Shown piece after piece: positions 29,217 through 39,758 of a stretch of 64,000 nt of DNA; the first letter of the stretch is position 1; every line of letters starts with the position of its first letter. This stretch comes from Parachlamydiales bacterium (GTDB lineage Bacteria; Chlamydiota; Chlamydiia; Chlamydiales; JAJFMK01): positions 128,001 to 192,000 of the forward strand of contig CAVXVG010000029.1 in the NCBI GenBank assembly GCA_963765145.1, in the 5' to 3' direction. The translations under genes were made by a program, and so were the position numbers. The notes under the pieces are model-generated. The model ran no database searches. It had not been told where the DNA came from and saw only the letters and a program-made list of their open reading frames with translations.

Positions 29217-30658
29217 AAACAATCGATTTAGCACAACTTGCAGTTAAAGTAATGGAAGCTCACGGGCTTGAACCCTTCTTCCCCCATCAAGTTGAAGAGC
29301 AGCTTTCGCGCATCAATGAACCTGCAAAGCCGAATTCAAAAACGGTCGATCAAACCCATTTGTTGTGGTGCTCGATCGACAACGATGATTCGCTCGACTT
29401 AGACCAACTCACCTACGCAGAACTTGGCAAAGATGGGGGCACTACTTTGTATGTAGCTATCGCCGACGTAGATGCTCTTGTTTTTCTGAAAACAGCAATT
29501 GATGCGCATGCCTCTCTCAACACCACTTCAGTCTATACCCCTGCAAGAATCTTTCCTATGCTTCCGGTGAAGCTTTCGACCAACTTGACCTCATTAAATG
29601 AGGGGGTGGAACGCGTTGCCATTGTTGTGTCGGTCAATATTGGCCCTGAGGGCGATATCTTAAATGGAGACATTTGCCAAGCCGTTGTCAAAAACATCGC
29701 CAAACTGACCTACAATGGGGTGGGAGGATGGTTAGAAGGTGGACCCATTCCGGAAAAAGTCAAAGCCATTGCAGGACTTGAAGAAAATCTTATTCTACAA
29801 AACCAAATCGCCCAAAAAATACGTAATAAAAGGCATGCGCTTGGCGCTTTAACTTTAGACCCTGTCGATATCGAAGCAAAAGTGGTGAATCAAACCGAGG
29901 TTCTTTTAGAACAACCCACTCAGAATTTAGCTCAATTTTTGATTGAAAATTTCATGATCGCGGCCAATCACATCATCGCTACCAAATTGCTAGCTGCTAA
30001 AATACCGTCCCTACGAAGGGTGGTAAGGGTACCTAAAAACTGGCCGCGCATTGTCGAAGTGGCTGCACTATTAGGAGAAAAATTGCCTGAAGAGCCCGAC
30101 GCAAAAGCATTGGAAAACTTCTTGGTCAGACGTAAAAAAGCAGCTCCCGATTTATTTCAAGAGCTTTCTTTAACAGTCGTCAAGCTTCTTGGTCGTGGTG
30201 AATATGTTGTAGAAACTGCCGGTGAAAAGCCTATTGGTCACTTTGGCCTTGCTTTAAAGGAATATATCCATTCGACCGCACCCAATAGACGTTATCCCGA
30301 TTTGATCTCTCAACGACAGTACAAAGCACTCATTTTTGGAAAACAAAACCCTTACACTTTTGAAGAAATCAAGCAGTTGGCAGAGCATTGCACAGCCCAA
30401 GAAGATGCTGTCAATAAAGTGGAAAGGCAGTTAACAAAATCTGCAGGTGCTCTCCTCTTGTCATCTCAAATAGGACGAATGTTTAATGGGATCATCACAG
30501 GGGTCAACGAGCATGGCATCTGGGCTAGGGTGATTGACCCTCCTGTCGAAGGTAAAATCATGAACGGCGCCACTAAGCTTGCCGTCGGCGACAAAACCTT
30601 ACTCGAGCTTGTCAGCGTCGACATAGAGCGTGGTTTTATTAACTTTAACGCCCTATGA
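29213..30658 (+). CDS. RNB-domain exoribonuclease (RNase II/R family)
   Basis: SIDNDDSLDLDQ, LIENFMIAAN, HFGL...HSTAPNRRYPDL. Confidence 0.92.
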   Translation: MKTIDLAQLAVKVMEAHGLEPFFPHQVEEQLSRINEPAKPNSKTVDQTHLLWCSIDNDDSLDLDQLTYAELGKDGGTTLYVAIADVDALVFLKTAIDAHASLNTTSVYTPARIFPMLPVKLSTNLTSLNEGVERVAIVVSVNIGPEGDILNGDICQAVVKNIAKLTYNGVGGWLEGGPIPEKVKAIAGLEENLILQNQIAQKIRNKRHALGALTLDPVDIEAKVVNQTEVLLEQPTQNLAQFLIENFMIAANHIIATKLLAAKIPSLRRVVRVPKNWPRIVEVAALLGEKLPEEPDAKALENFLVRRKKAAPDLFQELSLTVVKLLGRGEYVVETAGEKPIGHFGLALKEYIHSTAPNRRYPDLISQRQYKALIFGKQNPYTFEEIKQLAEHCTAQEDAVNKVERQLTKSAGALLLSSQIGRMFNGIITGVNEHGIWARVIDPPVEGKIMNGATKLAVGDKTLLELVSVDIERGFINFNAL

Positions 30659-32151
30659 GCCAAATACCTGAGCACCCCTTTGAGGGGCAAATCCATGTGA
30701 CAGAAATGGGCAGCAGTTCTTCAGAACAGACCCTTCAAAGCTCCCTACAACAAGGGGTCCAAAGAACAGAGCATCCTTTAGACCTTCAAAGAATGCTAGA
30801 AAGCCAAGAAAACTTTAACCAAGAAATGTCGTTGCTAACATCACATGGGGATAAAATCCGCGTCAATTTTTCTGCCGATCTTGGAGATATCAAAAAAACA
30901 TATACGAAACTCTCTTTTGAAGAATTCATTGCGAATCCGACTGGGCGGAATGCCCTAAACCGATTTATAGAGAATAGGATTGCTTTTGCAGGCGAGGTTT
31001 ATGCTGATATCCATGCTGATATGGATGACATTTGTAGCCACTTTCAGATGAACAAGGAGGACATTAAAGAAATTTCGCTCAAATTTCTTGGTGCAGATTC
31101 CCACAACAAAGGAAAATCTACAGTTCTAATTGAATTCGTTACTAATACCGGGGAAACAAAAAGCATCTTTTACAAACCCCGATTGATGAAATTAGAACAC
31201 CTCACTTGCGATAATGAAAAGGGGATTTTCTCACAATTAAAACACTTTCCAGGGATCGATGAATTAGGCGACGTTGCAGCTTTCACCTACCCTGTACTTT
31301 CTGTAGTTAAAGAAGATAGACACTATGGCTATAGTCAAAAAATCGATGGACAGGTTCTATATGACGAAAAAGAGACACCACCGGACGAGGATCCATCGAT
31401 CACTTCTCCCCATTTCATGATTCCTGAAAATCCAATGACAACTCGGGAATTTCTAGAACTTGTGACTAGCTTAAAAGAGCTAGCAGGTGCGGATGTTGCT
31501 TTAGCAGAAACTTGTGACGCTAGTTTTTTTTCAACTAGATCTAATGAACAGCTTAAATCGGACTATCTTCTATTTTTTGTCTTATCTCTCTTAAAATTAA
31601 GCGATCTACACTGTGGAAACTTTATTCGTTCTGATCCTTCTGGGATTTTGGTGCCTATAGACTTAGAATGTATCCAAGAGGGAGATGCCGCAATGACTCT
31701 TTTACAAATACAGGTAGAACTGGACAGGAGAGGCATTGAACTGCCGCAAGGACCGCTCGATAAAATAAAAGACTATATTGAAAATCTACACCTCGACCAT
31801 GGAAATGAACCTCTTCGCGAGGTCCCAATTGCAACAGGATTATTGTGCGTTCTACGAGAAAAATATTTAACCAAAAGAGCACTTCCCGCAATAGCAGAAT
31901 TTAAACGTGAAATTCAAGAAAGTTATGTTATTGATGACATTAAATCTGTCGATAGATTGATAGATGAAAGTTTTAAAAATTTTGACATCCCTTACTTTAT
32001 TTTAAGAGGCGATCAACTCTTTTTTGACGGAGTTCATGTCGGACGAAGAAAAACTCAAGAAGAGCTCGAGCAAACTAGACTTGAAACTGAAGCCTTTCTA
32101 GCGTCTTCTGCTAACTCAGTCGTGATCAACGAAGATGAAGACTCCAGTTGA
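30655..32151 (+). CDS. DUF4135 (LanM dehydratase/kinase-like) domain protein, stand-alone
   Basis: GADSHNKGK, FYKPR, YGY, LSDLHCGN, PIDLE; no cyclase domain. Confidence 0.75.
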   Translation: MSQIPEHPFEGQIHVTEMGSSSSEQTLQSSLQQGVQRTEHPLDLQRMLESQENFNQEMSLLTSHGDKIRVNFSADLGDIKKTYTKLSFEEFIANPTGRNALNRFIENRIAFAGEVYADIHADMDDICSHFQMNKEDIKEISLKFLGADSHNKGKSTVLIEFVTNTGETKSIFYKPRLMKLEHLTCDNEKGIFSQLKHFPGIDELGDVAAFTYPVLSVVKEDRHYGYSQKIDGQVLYDEKETPPDEDPSITSPHFMIPENPMTTREFLELVTSLKELAGADVALAETCDASFFSTRSNEQLKSDYLLFFVLSLLKLSDLHCGNFIRSDPSGILVPIDLECIQEGDAAMTLLQIQVELDRRGIELPQGPLDKIKDYIENLHLDHGNEPLREVPIATGLLCVLREKYLTKRALPAIAEFKREIQESYVIDDIKSVDRLIDESFKNFDIPYFILRGDQLFFDGVHVGRRKTQEELEQTRLETEAFLASSANSVVINEDEDSS

Positions 32152-32194
32152 CAAAAATAAAAACTAAACTTTATGCTATTGTTAGGTAAAGATT

Positions 32195-32542
32195 ATGAGT
32201 GGTATAGGCCAAAAGTTCTACAGACACGCTCAGTATTTGTTTAAATTAGAATCAAAAAAAACAACTACTGACATAAAGCAGCACTGCGTAGATTTAGCTG
32301 GAGAGGCCTTAAAACAAAAAATCCGAGAAATCTCTAAAAAACATCTAACTGAAACCAAAATTCTTCTTAAAGAGCAAGCTAAAACGTCCTTTACACAAGC
32401 ACCCAGCACTTCTGATGTGAACAATGGCATTGAGTTGCTTGAAACCGGATTCAGTAAGCTAGAAACTTCGTTATTCAATGAACTTTCGACAAAACCAACA
32501 ACCAGCTCTGGCAGCGAGCAGCATCCTCCCATCAAAGTTTAG
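32195..32542 (+). CDS. hypothetical protein
   Basis: 115 aa ORF; upstream TTGACA-N17-TATGCT promoter-like sequence. Confidence 0.55.
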   Translation: MSGIGQKFYRHAQYLFKLESKKTTTDIKQHCVDLAGEALKQKIREISKKHLTETKILLKEQAKTSFTQAPSTSDVNNGIELLETGFSKLETSLFNELSTKPTTSSGSEQHPPIKV

Positions 32543-34083
32543 TGGGCGACAGCGGGGACTTTATCTTGTTTGCCTTGGACTTTCTTGCAGAGGAAAAGGA
32601 AGGGAATCATACCGAGGAAGAGCCAGGCGCCAAGCCAGGAAACATCATTGGTCGCTAGCATAAATGCCTGTTGTTCGACTAGAGTGTCTAAAAACTCGCT
32701 TGCCTTAGGAAATGTAAACGAAGAATTGAACCTCTCAATGTCCCTGTAAAAATCAAGCGTTGCCGGCTCAAAATAGGCGATTGCCTCCGAGAGGCGCGCA
32801 TGATGAAAAATCTCGAGCCTTGTCCAAAGTTGAATGGAAAGGGAGGTGCCAAAACCGCTACCAACCAATATTCGGATAAAATGGTACAGGCCGGTGGCGC
32901 TAGCATATTTTTCGCCAGGAATTTCGGCCATGGATAGTTGAACAAGGGGAAGAAAGAAAAATAGGATGCCAAACCCTTGTATAAACCTGGAATACATCAA
33001 CGTACCCAAATCAACGTCTGTCGTAAAATTGGCTTGGTAAAAGAATCCCAACGACAACAAGAAAAAGCTTAACGCCACCACTTTTCTCATATCAAAACGG
33101 TATAGATTTTTTCCCATAATGGTTGAAAATAGAAACGGAACCACACCGATGGGGGCAACTGCAATCCCCGCCCAATATGCCATATAACCTTGTTCTGTTT
33201 GCAACCAAAGAGGGATGGTCACCGTGCTCCCAAAGTAGATAAGGTATCCTATCGTTACTGCAATTGTCCCGATGGCAAAATTGCGGTTCGTAAAAAAAGA
33301 AAAGTCGACAATTCGAAAGGTTTGGTAACGGTTCCAGGCAAAAAAGAGGGCAAAAGAGACGATGGCAGCGACTGTCAATCCAACAATGAAGTTGGATTCA
33401 AACCAATCGAGATCTTTTCCTTTATCTAGCATGACTTGCAGACAACTAACGCCGGTAGCTAGAAAAGCAAGCCCTGTCCAATCGATGGGGTTTCTTTTGA
33501 TAATGCTTTCTTTATCTTTTAAAAATGTCCAAACAATAAACCCTGAAAACAACCCGATTGGAACATTGATATAAAAAATCCATGGCCAAGAATATTCTTC
33601 AGTTAAATACCCTCCAATAATCGGACCTAAAATGGGGGCAACAATCACAATCGTTCCCCAAAATCCGAGAGCCGAACCTTGATTTTCCGGCGGATTATGG
33701 ACCATCAACAAACTTTGAGACAGCGGAATAAGCGAACCTGCAACAGCCCCTTGCAGCACCCTAAAAACAACCAACATTGCAAGGCTTGTCGAAAGGGCAC
33801 ATAAAAAAGAGGTAATCGAAAATAAGATGACTGACCAAACAAACAGTTTCACTTGCCCAAAATAGTCTGATAACCAACCGGTCAATGGTAAGACAACCGC
33901 GTTACTCGCTGCAAAGGAGGTGATCACCCAAGTCCCCTGATCAGCACTTACACTCAAATTTCCGGCGATGTAAGGGATTGCAACGTTTGCGATCGAGGAG
34001 TCGAGGATCTGAATAAAGGTTCCGAGCCCGATGGCCACATTCAGCAGCATCAACCGCCCATCTGTGTAATATGTACTGCTCAT
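32539..34083 (-). CDS. emrB: DHA2 family MFS efflux permease (EmrB-like)
   Basis: LDSSIANVAIP, WVITSF, FRVLQG, APILGPIIGG, WPWIFYINVP. Confidence 0.9.
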   Translation of the reverse strand: MSSTYYTDGRLMLLNVAIGLGTFIQILDSSIANVAIPYIAGNLSVSADQGTWVITSFAASNAVVLPLTGWLSDYFGQVKLFVWSVILFSITSFLCALSTSLAMLVVFRVLQGAVAGSLIPLSQSLLMVHNPPENQGSALGFWGTIVIVAPILGPIIGGYLTEEYSWPWIFYINVPIGLFSGFIVWTFLKDKESIIKRNPIDWTGLAFLATGVSCLQVMLDKGKDLDWFESNFIVGLTVAAIVSFALFFAWNRYQTFRIVDFSFFTNRNFAIGTIAVTIGYLIYFGSTVTIPLWLQTEQGYMAYWAGIAVAPIGVVPFLFSTIMGKNLYRFDMRKVVALSFFLLSLGFFYQANFTTDVDLGTLMYSRFIQGFGILFFFLPLVQLSMAEIPGEKYASATGLYHFIRILVGSGFGTSLSIQLWTRLEIFHHARLSEAIAYFEPATLDFYRDIERFNSSFTFPKASEFLDTLVEQQAFMLATNDVSWLGAWLFLGMIPFLFLCKKVQGKQDKVPAVAH

Positions 34084-34120
34084 GCCATTGACCGACCTAT
34101 AGTAAAATTTCCTTTAATTT

Positions 34121-34213
34121 CGCGCTAGCGTTTGGAGTGCGAAACTCCTGTTTCGCTTTGACTTTCAAAAAATGAAAGCGAAACAGGAGTTTCGCACTCC
34201 AAACGCTAGCGCG
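34121..34213. repeat. repeat family A, uninterrupted variant copy
   Basis: Same arms as the 15625 copy, with GCGAAAC/GTTTCGC in place of GCTAAAC/GTTTAGC. Confidence 0.9.
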
Positions 34214-34279
34214 TTGTAAAATAACACCTACTCTTAACCTATCGCAAAAAGATGTTCAATAGTCTATTATTCGAAGGCT

Positions 34280-36766
34280 ATGGCGATCGCGACAGATACA
34301 AAAAAAGTGACACCCATGATGGCTCAATGGGAGGAGTGTAAAAAGAAAGCAGGCTCCGCCCTTCTCTTCTTTAGAATGGGAGACTTCTACGAAGCCTTTT
34401 ACGAAGATGCAGAAATCATCTGCCGTGAACTTGGCCTCACCCTGACCAAAAGGCAAGAGATCCCCATGGGGGGCGTGCCTGCAGGTTCAGTCGAAGGTCA
34501 TCTAGATAAGTTACTCTCTAAAGGCTATCGGATTGCTGTTGCCGAGCAGACAGAAGACCCTGCAACAGCAAAAGGGCTGGTCCGTCGCGAAGTCACTAGA
34601 ATCTTATCACCCGGCTCCCTTCTTGATTCGGCTTTGATCAAAGATGAAGATCTCAATCTATTCGTGTCGATCTCCCAAGTTGGAAAAACGTTTGGTATTG
34701 CCTTTTTAGATAGGTCTTGCAGCCACTTTCAAACCACTGAACTTGCAAGTTTTGATGAGGTTGAAACAGAGGTTTTAAAGTCCTCTCCTAAAGAAGTTTT
34801 GATTTCAGAAAGTTTATGGAGAAAACATAAAGAAACTTTTTCCCTGTGGAAAGAACGTCACAATCTTCTGATCCACACCTACGATGATTGGCGCTTTGAA
34901 CAACCAGAAAGCTTTGAAAGGCTTCGCAAACATTTTTCGGTCTACACCCTCGATGGCTTTGGCCTGCAAGGAAAAAATGGTTCGATCGAAGCTTCTGGAG
35001 GGCTGCTCGCCTATTTCCACGATGAACTTGCAGAACCACTTCGAAGCATCAAAAAGCTTTCTTACTATGATCCAAATGGCTTTTTAACGATTGACAAAGC
35101 GACAGAAACTCACTTAGAGCTTTTCGGACATAAACACTCCCTTTTTGCCCTACTTGATAAAACTGAAACCCCGATGGGCCGTAGGTTGCTTAAAGAGTGG
35201 CTAAAACGACCATTACAAGATTTGGTTCAAATTGAAGATCGTCAAAAAAGCGTCGAGATCTTGCTGGAAAAGCCCTCCGCCCTTCTAGAAATCCCCAAAA
35301 AACTTGAGAAAGTTAGAGATATCGAGCGGCTTGTTGTCAAAGTAGCAACCGGAATGGCTAATCCTCGCGATTTATCAGCCTTAGCCCACTCACTAAAAGC
35401 GATACCTCCCCTAAAAGCGCACTTAGAAGCTTTAGACTTACGTCCTTCACTCCTCAGTACAGCCCACCACTTTTTGTCTCCCCTTGAAGAGGCTGCTGAC
35501 CGTATTTTAACCACCCTTTCTGATCCTCCACCTGCTAAGTTGCAAGATGGTCATGTGATCCGTCCCGGTGTAAATGAAGAGCTCGATAACTACCGCTCTC
35601 TTGGCGAAAACGCACAAGAGCATTTAGCCAACTACCAAACAAAATTGAGAGAACAAACAGGCATTAAAACGTTAAAGCTTGGGTTCAACCGGATGTTTGG
35701 TTATTACATCGAAGTGAGCCGCGGGCAAAGCGATAAAGTCCCAGATTCTTTCTCAAGAAGGCAAACCCTTGCCAATGGAGAACGTTTTGTTACGCCTGAA
35801 TTAAAAGAGTTCGAAACAAAAGTTTTTGCAAGTGAAGAAAAGGTTCGTCAGTTAGAAAAAGATCTCTATTTCCAACTGGTCTCCTCTTTAAACCCTTTTC
35901 TTGACCTTCTCTTTGCCAATGGTAAATGGATGGCCACCATTGACACCCTCACCTCTCTTGCCCTTGTTGCCTACCATGGCCACTATATCAAGCCGTTGGT
36001 CGATGATTCGTCTACTTTAAGCATCAAACGGGGCCGTCATCCGGTTGTCGAGACGTTGCAGCAACACTTTATCCCGAACGACACTCTTTTGGATGGCGAC
36101 AGCAACCAGATGAAGCTGATCACCGGCCCCAACATGGCAGGTAAATCGACTTATATCCGGCAGGTTGCCCTGATGGTTGTCCTGGCTCAAATGGGAAGTT
36201 TTGTCCCTGCAGAAAGTGCTCATGTTGGACTTGTCGACCGTCTTTTCTCAAGGATTGGGGCAAATGATGACTTGGGACGTGGACAATCGACTTTCATGGT
36301 AGAAATGGCAGAAACAGCCTATATCCTTCACCACGCCACAGAAAAATCGTTGGTCGTACTCGATGAGATTGGAAGGGGAACCAGCACCTTTGACGGTATC
36401 TCGATTGCCTGGGCCGTTGCCGAATACCTGTTAACTGAAAAAGGCAAAAGGGCAAAAACCTTATTTGCCACCCACTATTTTGAGTTAACCGATTTGGAAA
36501 AGCAATTTCCTCATGTGAAAAATTACCATTCAGCAGTTGAAGAAAGTGGAGGGAACATCAAATTCCTTCGAAAAATTGTTCCGGGAGCTGCCGATAGAAG
36601 CTATGGTATCCATGTGGCAAAACTGGCCGGCCTTCCCCCTTCTGTCATCACTTCCGCTTTTGAAACGTTAAAAAAACTGGAAGGAAATGAGCAACATCTT
36701 TCCAATGAAAGAAAACAGCGACCTCCTACAAAACCTCTGAAAAATGACCAACTTCTGTTATTCTGA
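34280..36766 (+). CDS. mutS: DNA mismatch repair protein MutS
   Basis: TPMM, FRMGDFYE, ITGPNMAGKSTY, STFMVEM, DEIGRGT, FATHY. Confidence 0.98.
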   Translation: MAIATDTKKVTPMMAQWEECKKKAGSALLFFRMGDFYEAFYEDAEIICRELGLTLTKRQEIPMGGVPAGSVEGHLDKLLSKGYRIAVAEQTEDPATAKGLVRREVTRILSPGSLLDSALIKDEDLNLFVSISQVGKTFGIAFLDRSCSHFQTTELASFDEVETEVLKSSPKEVLISESLWRKHKETFSLWKERHNLLIHTYDDWRFEQPESFERLRKHFSVYTLDGFGLQGKNGSIEASGGLLAYFHDELAEPLRSIKKLSYYDPNGFLTIDKATETHLELFGHKHSLFALLDKTETPMGRRLLKEWLKRPLQDLVQIEDRQKSVEILLEKPSALLEIPKKLEKVRDIERLVVKVATGMANPRDLSALAHSLKAIPPLKAHLEALDLRPSLLSTAHHFLSPLEEAADRILTTLSDPPPAKLQDGHVIRPGVNEELDNYRSLGENAQEHLANYQTKLREQTGIKTLKLGFNRMFGYYIEVSRGQSDKVPDSFSRRQTLANGERFVTPELKEFETKVFASEEKVRQLEKDLYFQLVSSLNPFLDLLFANGKWMATIDTLTSLALVAYHGHYIKPLVDDSSTLSIKRGRHPVVETLQQHFIPNDTLLDGDSNQMKLITGPNMAGKSTYIRQVALMVVLAQMGSFVPAESAHVGLVDRLFSRIGANDDLGRGQSTFMVEMAETAYILHHATEKSLVVLDEIGRGTSTFDGISIAWAVAEYLLTEKGKRAKTLFATHYFELTDLEKQFPHVKNYHSAVEESGGNIKFLRKIVPGAADRSYGIHVAKLAGLPPSVITSAFETLKKLEGNEQHLSNERKQRPPTKPLKNDQLLLF

Positions 36767-37283
36767 CGTCGTCTCAAGACTGAAGCTTCATCTTTTGACT
36801 ACTTATCCTCCAGGGGCCATGATTTCTATGAGCGATTTTTCGACAAAAAAAGAAGAACAACCCGTTACCACAACTCCGGCATCGCCAAAAATTGCAAAAC
36901 ATTTAGAACTCCACGCTCCTCCCCCTCCGGTTTCATTTGAGAATAAAGCCTTAAAAAGCAAATTAGGGGAATTATTCCCTCAGATGGGGTTGCAAGGGTT
37001 TGCTTTAGTCGCCAAAAAAGCAGATGTGCAGGCGTCTCAAGCCCTTTTAACAGCTATCCGAACAAAACTTGCCCCGTGTGAATTGCTGATTTTAGAAGAG
37101 ATGAAGCCTATCCCAGACGGGACCTATAAAGCCCTCTTTGGAACCGAAAGCACGTTAGCTAACCTGTCAACATCTACACAAAAAGTTGCCTATCCTGAGT
37201 GGTCAATACTCTCTGTCAATAATGAAGCCAAAAAAGCCCTCTGGAATACGTTAAGTGAAATATGTCGAAGTTCTTCTCGATGA
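36744..37283 (+). CDS. hypothetical protein between mutS and priA
   Basis: Overlaps both neighbours; ends KKALWNTL. Confidence 0.7.
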   Translation: MTNFCYSDVVSRLKLHLLTTYPPGAMISMSDFSTKKEEQPVTTTPASPKIAKHLELHAPPPPVSFENKALKSKLGELFPQMGLQGFALVAKKADVQASQALLTAIRTKLAPCELLILEEMKPIPDGTYKALFGTESTLANLSTSTQKVAYPEWSILSVNNEAKKALWNTLSEICRSSSR

Positions 37284-39439
37284 GGGAATTGAAAAACCTT
37301 TAGACTATTGTCTGCATGAAGAACTTACCCATTCTCTTGGAATGAGGGTCAAAGTTCCTCTAAGAGGCCGTCAAGTAGAAGGATGGATTTTAAGAACTAA
37401 AGAAGAAAGTCAAACCCCCTCCCCTCTTCCTGTTACAGAAGTTCTCTACGATCATCCTTTATTTGACGAAGAGCTGTTCCGAATTTATCAATTTGTCTCT
37501 CACTACTACTGCACACCTCTACAAAAGGTGTTAAGGATCGCTATCCCAAAAGGGGTGAAAGAAAATGTAGTCACAAGAAAAGTGGGAAGCTATCAAATCA
37601 CTGAAGAGGGAAAAGAGGCTCAAGGTCGTTCAGAAAAACAGATCAGTATCCTTTCTCGACTGCAAGAGGGTGACCTTTCAGATGGCCAGATGAAAGAAAA
37701 TGGGTGGCTCCCCGCCCACATGAAGCCACTTATCGAAAAGGGATTCATCAAACGCATAGAAGGCGAGCGCGCCTTTTCTCCGCTTGAAGAGGCTGAATAC
37801 TTCCCGACAAAACCCAAAAAACTCTCTGTAGAGCAGCAAACCACTTTAACAGCACTCATTAACGAACTAGACAAAGGGGGATTTTCTCCTCATCTTCTTT
37901 TTGGTGTGACAGGCAGTGGAAAAACAGAGGTTTACATCCAACTGATGGAAAAAGCGCTTCAAATGGGAAAAGGTGTCCTTTTTTCTCGTCCCTGAAGTGG
38001 CTCTCACGGCACAGATCTTAGAAAGACTAAAAAGCCGTTTTAACGAAGGCTTATCGGTTTTACACCACAGACTATCTGCAGGAGAACGAAATGCCGGTTG
38101 GCAAGCCCTCTTGCATGGCACGGCACGCATTGTTGTGGGTGCCCGCTCCACACTTTTTAGTCCGATTCAGAATTTGGGGCTGATCATAGTCGATGAAGAA
38201 CATGAAGGGGCTTACAAACAAAATGAGGAAGCACCTTGCTACAACGCAAGAGATTTGGCCCTTTTAAGGGGTAAAGAGGCAGGCGCCCTGGTTTTACTTG
38301 GCAGCGCCACCCCAAGCCTAGAAAGTTATTCACGCGCTTTGGAAGGTAAATACACCCTACACAAGCTCCTAGAGAGGCCAACCCCCAAACCTCTTCCTAA
38401 AATCACCGTTGTCGATATGGTGCGAGAAGAAGAAAAGCATGGTGGATTTTGCCTACTGTCAGACCCTTTAATTGAAGCGATTAAAGATCGGCTTGAAAAA
38501 GGGGAACAGTCGATCATTTTTTTAAACCGAAGAGGCCACCATACTTCCCTTTTTTGTTCCGCTTGCCAAGAGGCGCTGCAGTGTGACCATTGCACCATCC
38601 CTCTTGTTCATCATAAGCAGGAAAATCAGGTCCATTGCCACGGGTGTGGGTGCGCAAAACCTCCTCCTCCTGCTTGTCCAACTTGTAAAACACCTCTGCT
38701 AGTCTACAGAGGATTTGGAACAGAGCGAGTTGAAAGCGTGCTACATGCCATTTTTCCCGAAGCGCGCATTTGTCGGATGGACCGGGATACAACAAAAAAT
38801 AAAGGGGCACACGAAACCCTGCTGAAGGCTTTTGCAAGTGGAAAAGCAGATATTTTGATTGGCACACAGATGGTGGCAAAAGGGCTTAACTTCCCTCAGG
38901 TTACATTGGTGGGTATTTTAAATGCCGATCAAAACCTCCACCTTCCAGACTTTAGATCTGGAGAATCTACTTTTCAGATCTTGACGCAAGTTTCAGGCCG
39001 AGCCGGCCGTGGTGATGTAGAGGGAGAGGTGATTCTGCAAACCCACCTCAAAAATCACCCTATTTTTCGTCATGTGTTAGCCCATGCTTTTGAGCCGTTT
39101 TACCATGAAGAAAAAGAGGGGCGAAAACTTTTGCAGTTTCCTCCTTATGCCAAACTTGCCAAGCTTGTTTTTAGAGGGGCAGATGGAAATGAGGTAAAGA
39201 AAACAGCCGAAGCTGTGCGAGAAGCTTTAATCAAACACCTGCCGCGCCACTTCACTGTTCATCCTATTGTTCCTTGCGGACGTGAAAAGGTGAGGGATGA
39301 ATATTATTTGCAGTGTCTTCTAAAAGCCCCCTCCCTCAAGCCTTTCCAGGATTGGGTATTCCAAGGCCATTTAAAACCCTTTCAAAAAAATAGAACCGTC
39401 CAAATCAAAGTCGACATCGACCCTGTTTCTCTCTATTAA
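37255..39439 (+). CDS. priA: primosomal protein N' (PriA), split by +1 T in the T6 run at 37979-37984
   Basis: GVTGSGKTEVY, VPEVALT, DEEHE, GSATP, CxxC zinc motifs, GTQMVAKG, GRAGR. Confidence 0.95.
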
Positions 39440-39441
39440 AT

Positions 39442-39706
39442 CGCGAAGCGTTTGGAATGCGAAACTCCTGGTTAGCTTTCACTTTCACTGATAAGTCAAA
39501 GCTAAACAGGAGTTTAGCACGGCCTTGTTGCATAATTAACCACTCCAGATCTCGAAAGAAAATTTGAGGTGGTGAGAAATAAATAAACGCCCTTCGGGCG
39601 TTTATTTCTATGCAGCGAGTAATTGTACAACAAGGCCGTTTAGCACTCCTGAGTAACTCAACTTTAATCAAAAAAACACTTTCTTCCTTGCTCCAAACGC
39701 TTCGCG
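39442..39706. repeat. repeat family A copy carrying element B (39521-39637) and a 41 bp extra insert (39650-39690)
   Basis: B flanked by a 9 bp duplication GTTTAGCAC (39512-20, 39638-46); second insert flanked by duplicated CTCC. Confidence 0.88.
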
Positions 39707-39758
39707 AATACTAAGAAATATTCGATAAAATTTGGGGTTCGTGTTAAACTCTTTGGCT

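Noticed and set aside
30655..32542. Lanthipeptide biosynthetic cluster
   Set aside because: No LanC-like cyclase, no Cys/Ser/Thr-rich precursor with a GG leader and no peptidase-transporter nearby
37973..37995. Programmed frameshift or phase variation in priA
   Set aside because: The T6 run is short, and the same +1 pattern recurs in unrelated genes, so sequencing error is more likely
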